From Candidatus Versatilivorator sp. (GTDB lineage Bacteria > Acidobacteriota > Terriglobia > Versatilivoradales > Versatilivoraceae), in contig CBDAOQ010000003.1 of the NCBI GenBank assembly GCA_965198125.1, forward strand, positions 439,890 through 503,889: a stretch of DNA of 64,000 nt. Direction: 5' to 3'. The translations under genes and the position numbers were made by a program. Below are positions 56,877 to 64,000 of the stretch, one piece after another. Position 1 is the stretch's first letter. The number at the start of each line of letters is the position of its first letter. The notes beneath the pieces are model-generated. The model did no database searches, had not been told where the DNA came from, and saw only the letters and a list, made by a program, of their open reading frames with translations.

Positions 56877-58331
56877 ATGCACAGTCTTGTATTGAAAATT
56901 TTCATCTGGTTCTGGGCAGCGATGGCTCTGGTCGGCCTGGCCCTTTATTTTACGACCCAGGCGACCATGTCTGAGCGGGCCGACCGCCGCATGCGCCAGT
57001 GGATTGAGATGGGCATGTCCCTGACTGCACAAAACCTGGCCTACCTTCACGAGAAAGAGGGGCCCACGGCCCTGGCCCGATCCGTCAATCGACTCAATCG
57101 GCGACGTCCACTCAAATTATCCTTCCTCAATGAGCAGGGCGATATTCTGGCCGGCCCCGAGCTTCCGCCCGAGGCGAAGACCCTGGCGATGCGTGCGATC
57201 CGGAGTGGCGAGCGCCAGATGGAATCCTCCGATGAAGGTCGGCGTTTGGTGGCGCAGGCGGTGATCTCAACCCAGGGACGACCGTACGTCCTGGTGGGTG
57301 AAGCCATGAGCGCTTCGCCAAGATTTCCTCGCGGACGGCGCCCAACGCCGCCTTTCCTGTTCAGGACCCTGGGCATTCGGGATGCCGATCCCTGGACCCA
57401 GGTGTTTGGCCTGCTGGCAATGTTCCTCACGGCCGGGATCGTCTGCTATGGCCTGGCACGTTATCTCACCGCCCCGCTGGTGAAGCTTCGCGCCGCGACG
57501 CAGAAGTTGACGGAAGGAGACTTGACGGCTCGGGTCGGACAACCCAGAGGAGGCCGCCGCGACGAAATCACTGACCTCGGCCACGATTTCGACCAAATGG
57601 CCGAACGCATCCAAAGCATGATCGCCGCTCAGCGCCGACTGCTGAGTGACATTTCCCATGAACTGCGCACCCCGCTGTCCCGCCTCAATGTGGCTCTGGC
57701 ACTGATTCGCCGACGGGCAGGCGGCGGAAGCAGCGACGAACTGGACCGCATCGAGCTGGAATCGGAGCGCATCAACAAACTGATCAGCCATTTGCTGACG
57801 TTCACGCGCATGGAAAGTGGTACTGTGGAGATTACCCGAGAGGAGGTCGATCTGGCCCGAATGCTCTCGGAGGTGGCTGCCGATGCCCGTTTCGAGTCCG
57901 GCGACTCGAATAGGACGGTCCACATCATCTCGAGCGAACCCTGCGTCACCGTCGGAAACCCGGAACTGCTGCGAAGCGCCATCGAGAATGTCGTCCGCAA
58001 CGCCGTTTACTACACGGCGGATGACACAAGAGTCGAAATCGAGCTGAAGCTGGCAGGGAAAAACCGGGACTGCGCCATTATCAGAGTTCGTGACCATGGG
58101 GAAGGGGTCCGTGAATCGGAGCTCACCGATATCTTTCGACCTTTCTACAGGGTGGCTGCGGCCCGAGAACGACAGAGCGGTGGAACCGGACTGGGACTAC
58201 CCATTACACAGCGGGCGGTGCAGCTGCACAACGGTTCGGTAGCTGCTTCCAACGCCCCCGGAGGAGGGCTGTGCATGGAGATACGACTGCCTGTCCACCC
58301 GGGAAGCACAGACCCAACCGAGTCACTGTAA
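56877..58331 (+). CDS. Sensor histidine kinase, CpxA/BaeS-like (2 TM + periplasmic loop + HAMP + HisKA + HATPase_c)
   Basis: TM1 LKIFIWFWAAMALVGLALYF. TM2 then HAMP (LTAPLVKLRAATQKLTEGDL). H-box LSDISHELRTPL. G-boxes (RDHGEGV…; GGTGLGLPI). Confidence 0.85.
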   Translation: MHSLVLKIFIWFWAAMALVGLALYFTTQATMSERADRRMRQWIEMGMSLTAQNLAYLHEKEGPTALARSVNRLNRRRPLKLSFLNEQGDILAGPELPPEAKTLAMRAIRSGERQMESSDEGRRLVAQAVISTQGRPYVLVGEAMSASPRFPRGRRPTPPFLFRTLGIRDADPWTQVFGLLAMFLTAGIVCYGLARYLTAPLVKLRAATQKLTEGDLTARVGQPRGGRRDEITDLGHDFDQMAERIQSMIAAQRRLLSDISHELRTPLSRLNVALALIRRRAGGGSSDELDRIELESERINKLISHLLTFTRMESGTVEITREEVDLARMLSEVAADARFESGDSNRTVHIISSEPCVTVGNPELLRSAIENVVRNAVYYTADDTRVEIELKLAGKNRDCAIIRVRDHGEGVRESELTDIFRPFYRVAAARERQSGGTGLGLPITQRAVQLHNGSVAASNAPGGGLCMEIRLPVHPGSTDPTESL

Positions 58332-58648
58332 CTGTGAAAGATGTTTCACTGAGCGGACTCGCCGGCAGTTGTACCTCCTTGACAGATCGATTGCTGAAAG
58401 GATATCTGTGAGGGCCTCAGGCAGCTCCACGGCCACCGAAAATGACTGCAGGTTGATTGGCCGACCAACCGGGAATCGCATCCGGGTTCCCTTCGGGAAT
58501 AGTGGGGAACCTCCCATCGCCAACCGGGATCGAAGGGGCAACCCGGTAATCCCTTTAAGCAGAGTTGCCTTGAGATTGCGCCGTCTGATTCAAAACCGAA
58601 TCGACATTGGCGTCCCCCTCCACCGCTTTGCAGACTGATTCGAATCCG

Positions 58649-59428
58649 ATGGACGACATTCTCCTGATCCAGCGGGAAAAGGACATCGCAACGGTTATTC
58701 TCAACCGTCCGGAAAAGCTGAACGCACTCAGCCGGGCTTTGTGGCTGCGAGTGGGACAGGTAATGCGGGATCTTTCCTCGGATGAGACCCTACGCTGCAT
58801 TGTGGTGCGCGGGGCCGGTCAGAAGGCCTTCTCGCCGGGCGCCGATATCTCCGAATTTTCGGCACACCGCTCCGATCGCCAGCAGGCGCGGGCCTATGGA
58901 GCCCTGATCCAGGAGGCGATGCAAGCCATCAGGGACTGTCAACACCCGGTCATCGCCATGATCCTGGGCGTCTGCGTTGGCGGCGGTTTGGAGCTGGCGT
59001 CCATGTGCGACCTCAGGATCTGTGGAGAATCCAGCCGCTTTGGAGTTCCTATCAATCGAATCGCCATCACCATGGCCTACCCCGAGATTCGGGCGCTGAT
59101 CGATCTGGTGGGGCGGGCAACGGCGCTGGAAATTCTTCTGGAGGGACGGGTCTTCGGAGCCCTGGAGGCAAAGGTCAAGGGCCTGGTCACCCGCGTCGTT
59201 CCCGACAGCGAGGTTGAAAAGGAAACCTACGCCGCCGCCCGCCGCATCGCGGATGGGGCCCCCTTGGCCAACCGCCTGCACAAGAAGTTTGCCTACCGCC
59301 TATTGGATCCCGAGCCCCTGACCCAGGCTGAAGTGGACCAGGGTTTCGAAATTGTCGGCACCGAGGACCACCGGGAGGGATACCGGGCTTTCCTCACCAA
59401 GACCAAGCCGCGATTCAAGGCCCGCTGA
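58649..59428 (+). CDS. Enoyl-CoA hydratase/isomerase (crotonase) family protein
   Basis: ILNRPEKLNAL…VVRGAGQKAFSPGADI…PVIAMILGVCVGGGLELA crotonase-fold oxyanion-hole motifs. Confidence 0.8.
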   Translation: MDDILLIQREKDIATVILNRPEKLNALSRALWLRVGQVMRDLSSDETLRCIVVRGAGQKAFSPGADISEFSAHRSDRQQARAYGALIQEAMQAIRDCQHPVIAMILGVCVGGGLELASMCDLRICGESSRFGVPINRIAITMAYPEIRALIDLVGRATALEILLEGRVFGALEAKVKGLVTRVVPDSEVEKETYAAARRIADGAPLANRLHKKFAYRLLDPEPLTQAEVDQGFEIVGTEDHREGYRAFLTKTKPRFKAR

Positions 59429-59430
59429 CC

Positions 59431-60678
59431 ATGAACCCACAGCCAACCTCCGATCGTACCGGTCCGCTGCTCGGCATGAAAGTCCTGGAAGCCAGCCACG
59501 TCATGGCCGGGCCCACTTGTGGGCTGATGCTGGCTGATCTGGGAGCAGACGTCGTCAAAGTGGAACGCCTCCCTGGAGGCGACGACACCCGGCGAGCCGT
59601 TCCACCCGAGATCCAGGGAGAATCGGCTGCTTTCATGATGATGAACCGCAACAAGCGCGGCATTGGACTCAATTTGAAATCCGAGAAAGGACGGGAGGTC
59701 TTCCTGCGCCTGGCCGGGAACAGCGACGTCGTCATTGAAAATTTCCGCAAGGGCGCCATGGATGCGCTGGGTCTGGGCTACGACCGGTTGAAATCGGACC
59801 ACCCCGGACTCATCTACTGCTCCCTGTCGGGCTTCGGACAGACGGGTCCCTATGCCGACCGGGGGGGATTTGATCTGATTGCCCAGGGAATGAGCGGATT
59901 GATGAGCATTACCGGCGAAGGACCCGGCAGGGCGCCGGTTAAGGTGGGCGCCCCCATGACGGATATCACCGCAGGCATTCTGGCGGCTCTGGGAATCGTT
60001 GCGGCCTATGCTCACCGGCAGCGTACCGGAGAGGGACAACTGGTGGACACCTCTCTGCTGGAAGCCGGCATCGTTCACACCTACTGGCAGTCGGCAATTT
60101 ATCTGGCAACGGGCGTCTCCCCAATGGCAATGGGGTCGGCCCACCCCCTGATGGCTCCCTACCAATCCTTTGAAACCCGGGATGGCTGGGTCAATATCGG
60201 CGCCGCCAACCAGGCCAATTGGGAACGGTTGCTTGAGGTTCTCGGAGCTTCCGAACTGGGACGCGATCGGCGATTCGCCGACAACGCGGGACGCATGAAA
60301 AATCTGGCCGAGCTAGTCGAGCAGTTGACGCCCTACTTTCGAGCTCAAACCACCGCCTTCTGGCTGGAAAAACTCCAAGCGGCAGGGATTCCGGCCGGAC
60401 CGGTGCTCTCTATCGCGGCCATGCATGCCGATCCTCAAGTGAAAGCACGTCAAATGGTGATCGAGGTACCGCACAGCCGCCTGGGCAGGGTAAAAACCTT
60501 GGGGGCGCCGGTCAAATTTTCCGCGACGCCAACCTCCTTGACCCGAGGAGCACCCCTCCTGGGGGAGCACACGCGGGAGGTGCTGCGCGAACATGGTTAC
60601 AGCGACAGGGAAGCCGAAAACCTCGAAGCCGAAGGCGCCATTTTGAGCGCCCGGACCCAACCAGGCCGAACCCAATGA
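59431..60678 (+). CDS. Family III CoA-transferase (CaiB/BaiF family)
   Basis: MKVLEASHVMAGPTCGLMLADLGADVVKVE…SDVVIENFRKGAMDALGL…GFDLIAQGMSGLMSITG. The catalytic Asp lies in the GFD context. Starts 2 bp after the crotonase stop. Confidence 0.85.
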   Translation: MNPQPTSDRTGPLLGMKVLEASHVMAGPTCGLMLADLGADVVKVERLPGGDDTRRAVPPEIQGESAAFMMMNRNKRGIGLNLKSEKGREVFLRLAGNSDVVIENFRKGAMDALGLGYDRLKSDHPGLIYCSLSGFGQTGPYADRGGFDLIAQGMSGLMSITGEGPGRAPVKVGAPMTDITAGILAALGIVAAYAHRQRTGEGQLVDTSLLEAGIVHTYWQSAIYLATGVSPMAMGSAHPLMAPYQSFETRDGWVNIGAANQANWERLLEVLGASELGRDRRFADNAGRMKNLAELVEQLTPYFRAQTTAFWLEKLQAAGIPAGPVLSIAAMHADPQVKARQMVIEVPHSRLGRVKTLGAPVKFSATPTSLTRGAPLLGEHTREVLREHGYSDREAENLEAEGAILSARTQPGRTQ

Positions 60679-60828
60679 GTCACCCCATCGCGGTCATGTT
60701 GCATGCCCGGTGTGCGACACAGCGGTGACCCCTCCCAGCCGGGAAAACAGCTCTTCGTCCTTCCTCGCATACCGACTTCAGCCATTGGACGTATGCGAGC
60801 CAATTGGAAAGTGAGGCCAATCACGCCC

Positions 60829-61680
60829 ATGGTCAAACGCAAATTCGGCTGGACCAACGTTGAGGTTCCGATTGTCGGTCAGGGAACCTGGATGATCGAA
60901 GGCAGTCAAGCTCAGGAGCAGCGGGCGGTATCGGCTCTGAGACTGGGGCTTGACCTGGGACTGACTCATATCGATACCGCCGAGATGTATGGCAACGGCC
61001 GGGCCGAAGAGTTGACAGCAGAAGCAATCGGCCACAGGAGGAGCGATGTCTTCCTGGTAAGCAAGGTGCTCCCCTCCAATGCTTCCTACGATGGAACCCT
61101 GCGGGCTTGCGAGCGTAGTCTGAAGCGACTTCGAACGGACATTCTGGATCTTTATCTGCTGCACTGGAGCGGCCACCACCCGATCCGGGAGACAATGCGA
61201 GCCATGGAAACCCTGGTCCAGAGGCGTTTCATCCGATTCATCGGGGTCAGCAACCTGGATTTGGATGAATTGAAAGAGGCCCAGCGAGCGCTTCGCCATG
61301 AACGGCTGGCCTGCAATCAGGTTCTCTACCACCTCGGGGACCGGGGCATCGAGTACCGTCTTCTCCCCTATTGCGCCGAGCAGCAAATCGCCCTGGTGGC
61401 TTACAGTCCCTTCGGTCACTCACGCTTTCCCTCGCCGGCCAGCAGAGGCGGAGGCGTTTTGGCCACCCTTGCCCGGAACCACGGACGAACGGTCAGGCAG
61501 GTGGTCTTGAATTTTCTCACCCGCCACGCGGGAGTGTTCACCATTCCGAAAGCAAGCCAGAAGGAGCATGTGCGGGAAAACAGCCAGTCCTTGGGGTGGG
61601 CACTCTCCAGCGTGGACCTGGAAGCCATCGACGAAGCCTTTCCCTCGCCGGACCATGAGGTGCCGCTCGGCATGCTCTGA
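60829..61680 (+). CDS. Aldo/keto reductase family oxidoreductase
   Basis: VGQGTWMIE…HIDTAEMYGNG…LVSKV…LDLYLLHW AKR catalytic-tetrad context (D, Y, K, H). The track ORF extends upstream to 60703. Confidence 0.8.
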   Translation: MVKRKFGWTNVEVPIVGQGTWMIEGSQAQEQRAVSALRLGLDLGLTHIDTAEMYGNGRAEELTAEAIGHRRSDVFLVSKVLPSNASYDGTLRACERSLKRLRTDILDLYLLHWSGHHPIRETMRAMETLVQRRFIRFIGVSNLDLDELKEAQRALRHERLACNQVLYHLGDRGIEYRLLPYCAEQQIALVAYSPFGHSRFPSPASRGGGVLATLARNHGRTVRQVVLNFLTRHAGVFTIPKASQKEHVRENSQSLGWALSSVDLEAIDEAFPSPDHEVPLGML

Positions 61681-61708
61681 CCCGCCTGAATGGCAGAACC
61701 GCCCCATC

Positions 61709-62482
61709 TCAGCCGAGCACTTCCCTGAAAGCGGACATCGATTCGGACAACATCTTGCGCTTCAGATTGACATCCACACCCACAAAGAAGAGGCGCACCC
61801 CCAGCGCTCGATAATGCAAAGCCTGTTGGGGATGTCCCCCACCCATCGCCAGAATTTTGCCGCTCCGGCGGCCTGCCGCCAGCACCCGTTCGATTTTGGG
61901 AGCCAGGGCCCGTTTGGCCTCCGGACCGAAAAGACCCAGGCTGACCGACCAATCCATTTCTCCTACAGTCAGCATGTCAATCCCTTCAACCTGGAGAATG
62001 TCATCCAGGGCCTGGTAGCCTTCATCGCTCTCGATCATCACCATCAGGGATGTCCCCTGGTTGGCCTCACTGAGCGCGCGCCGGGGATCGGCTCCAAGAG
62101 TGAAACCCGTCCCGGCCGAGGAGGTCGATACGCCCCGCTCCCCCAGAGGGGGAAACTTGCCCAACTTCACCAGCCGGGCGGCCTGGGCGGCGCTCCGGAC
62201 ATCGGGCAAGGTCAGGATTTCCATGCCCCCGTCCAGAAGACGCTGCACCTGCGTCCGTGTCAACTCGGGAATGCGGGCCATTGGAACCATTCCCAGGTGA
62301 GCAATGGTCCGGCCCAGCCTGAGCACCTCCGCCGTCGATTGCGGACCGTGCTCCAGGTCGAGGAAGACCACCGAGTAGCCAATCTGGGCCATCAGTTCCA
62401 GGTCGATCATTGTGGTATCCCGGCAGATGACCCCGTATAGAACTTCCTCTGTTTTCAACAACTCCCGCAAGCGGCCGCTCAT
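61709..62482 (-). CDS. HpcH/HpaI-family aldolase, paralog 2
   Basis: 257 aa, collinear with 8856-9611 (…LDGGMEILTLPDVRSAAQA…, …MIESDEGYQALDDILQVEGIDMLTVG). Confidence 0.75.
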   Translation of the reverse strand: MSGRLRELLKTEEVLYGVICRDTTMIDLELMAQIGYSVVFLDLEHGPQSTAEVLRLGRTIAHLGMVPMARIPELTRTQVQRLLDGGMEILTLPDVRSAAQAARLVKLGKFPPLGERGVSTSSAGTGFTLGADPRRALSEANQGTSLMVMIESDEGYQALDDILQVEGIDMLTVGEMDWSVSLGLFGPEAKRALAPKIERVLAAGRRSGKILAMGGGHPQQALHYRALGVRLFFVGVDVNLKRKMLSESMSAFREVLG

Positions 62483-62715
62483 CGTTTCCTTCCTTTCATA
62501 TAGATTGCCCCTTCAAGGGACTGCCTCCGGAGATGCGGGCTGGACACAACAGCCCGAAGTGATCCTTGCAATCCCACCGGGGGGTAGCGTAAAGTCCAAC
62601 CCGCCGCGGTTCTCATGAAGGAATCCGACCGCGCAGATCGACTGGACCCAAAAACCGGAGAAATAGCACGCGAGGAGCGGGTCGACCGCTCAGGTCAGCA
62701 CCGAAAGGAGCCAGC

Positions 62716-63501
62716 ATGTTTCAACTCTCCGTCTGCGAAGGCACTGTCTTTCCGAATCTTCCCTTCCAGCAGCGGGTCCGTGAAATCGCGGCTGCGGGCT
62801 TCTCGATAGAACTCTGGGGCTGGGAAGATCAGGCGCTGGATGCCATCGCGGCCGATCCAAAGATTCAAATCGCTTCCATGCCCGGCTGGGGGCCAGGCAG
62901 CATGGTTCACCCCGATGGGGTGGACACCTTTCTGGAGGGCGCCAAGAAAAACCTGTCCGTAGCTCATAGAATCGGATGCAAGAACCTGGCTGTCGCTTCC
63001 GGCGAGATCAACCGAAAGGGTCAGGTGGTGCATGCCATTGCCGAGCATCCCGCAGACCGTTGGATTACTGCCTACCGATGCCTGTGCGAGCTGGCGGAAA
63101 TAGCCGAAAAGGAGGATGTTTTCTATAACTTCGAAGTGCTCAATACCAAGGTCGACCACGCCGGCTACCCATTCCCCCATTTGGAAGACGGGGCTCGACT
63201 GATCCGGCAGGTCGACAGCCCGCGTATGCGACTTCTCGTCGATGTTTACCACGTTCAGGTGGAGGAAGGCAACGTCATCCAGGCGATTCGAGACTATCGG
63301 AAACTCATCGGACACGTGCATGTGGCGGATGTCCCCGGGCGCCACGAGCCGGGTACGGGTGAGATTCATTATCCCCGGGTGGTTGCCGCCCTTCGAGAGA
63401 TCGCCTATAGCGGCACGGTGGGACTGGAAGCCTTTCCGGAGGGCGACAGCCATAAGGCTCTGGAGCGCTTTCGCCAAATATTTTCAGAGTCCGCCTCCTG
63501 A
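62716..63501 (+). CDS. Sugar-phosphate isomerase/epimerase, xylose-isomerase-like TIM barrel (hydroxypyruvate isomerase Hyi-like)
   Basis: MFQLSVCEGTVFP…GFSIELWGW…KNLAVASGE…FNFEVLNTKVDHAGYPF…VDVYHVQVEEGN. Metal-ligand E/D/H/E pattern of the AP-endonuclease-2 / Hyi TIM-barrel family. Confidence 0.7.
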   Translation: MFQLSVCEGTVFPNLPFQQRVREIAAAGFSIELWGWEDQALDAIAADPKIQIASMPGWGPGSMVHPDGVDTFLEGAKKNLSVAHRIGCKNLAVASGEINRKGQVVHAIAEHPADRWITAYRCLCELAEIAEKEDVFYNFEVLNTKVDHAGYPFPHLEDGARLIRQVDSPRMRLLVDVYHVQVEEGNVIQAIRDYRKLIGHVHVADVPGRHEPGTGEIHYPRVVAALREIAYSGTVGLEAFPEGDSHKALERFRQIFSESAS

Positions 63502-63544
63502 AACCCCTGCCCGACTCCGACCGCAATTCCGAATAGAAAAAAGA

Positions 63545-63750
63545 AATCCACGAAGGGCCACTAAGGACGACGAAGGGCCACTAAGGGGTTGGAGAAAGCT
63601 CAAGAGGGACCCGCCAAAGGTCGGGAAGGGAGAAGAGATTTCCACCAAGGGCGCTAAAGGATCTGTTAAGGGGGCAAGAGATGAATCCGGGAAGGGATTC
63701 CAAGGGATTGGAAAAGACTCGAAAGGGGTCCGTGAAGGGCCACGAAGGAC
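63545..63750. repeat. Degenerate ~10-11 bp tandem satellite (about 20 units, core NNNGAAGGGNN / CACGAAGGGC)
   Basis: atccacgaagggcc actaaggacg acgaagggcc actaaggggtt … tccgtgaagggc cacgaaggac. Shorter versions at 27298-27345 and 50402-50440. Followed at 63770-63970 by a partial MITE-B / C-unit. Confidence 0.6.
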
Positions 63751-64000
63751 AATGAGGTTTTCCACAAACACGCACCCGATCATCGAGCGAGTCCGCTTCC
63801 TGGCCGCAGCCTCTCGTCCTGTCTATCCTGTGTATCCATGTTCAATAGGAAGAAAACCGGTTTAACGGGACATGGCCCCTGCTCCCGATAGGTCGTAAGG
63901 ATTCGTTGTTTCACTCTCGAATGGTCCGCCCCGTCGTGGTCTCCAGATCTCAACTTGCCCGATAGCCTGAAGGCTCCAGCACTACCAGGGTTGGCCTGCG

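Noticed and set aside
1-64000. rRNA, tRNA or tmRNA genes
   Set aside because: No stretch with the conserved rRNA blocks or a tRNA-like cloverleaf was recognisable by eye. The AT-richer patches are promoter regions, MITE interiors or the TA island.

Overview
This is a 64 kb GC-rich (about 63-65% by eye) bacterial contig. The gene content points to the PVC superphylum (Planctomycetota-like) or a comparable group: two DUF1501 genes, a DUF1549/DUF1553 (PSCyt2/PSD1) gene, a PSCyt1(CxxCH)-WD40 gene, an FG-GAP giant, a BNR-repeat protein, and very frequent twin-arginine (Tat) signal peptides. Four things dominate the window. (1) A co-directional cluster of about 12.6 kb (10.3-22.9 kb) of Tat-exported enzymes. 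It holds four tandem paralogs, with a fifth at 25.4-27.2 kb on the other strand, of an unassigned TIM-barrel glycoside-hydrolase-like family. Interleaved with them are a Gfo/Idh/MocA oxidoreductase, two NAD epimerase-like proteins and two Tat-signal enolase-superfamily (MR/MLE) paralogs. Class-I and HpcH aldolases flank the cluster. (2) A Cpx-like envelope-stress module. A CpxR-like OmpR-family regulator and a CpxA-like kinase lie next to a CpxP/Spy-like LTxxQ protein, an M48 peptidase and a BON protein. The last three each carry the same ~36 bp direct-repeat motif (GTAAAG...GTAAAG) 80-180 bp upstream. An ISAs1-family transposase gene (DUF4338 fusion) sits exactly where a divergent cpxP/cpxRA-type intergenic region would be. 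(3) Dense miniature mobile elements: at least four MITE-like families with terminal inverted repeats, an intact IS481-family IS nested inside one of them with an empty-site paralog elsewhere in the window, a tandem composite repeat, and a degenerate decamer (AAGGG-core) satellite. (4) A low-GC TacA/TacT-type (DUF1778 + GNAT) toxin-antitoxin pair. Two genes carry single-base frameshifts. No rRNA, tRNA or CRISPR array was recognised. Product names are inferred from motifs I could read in the translations; no database search was run.
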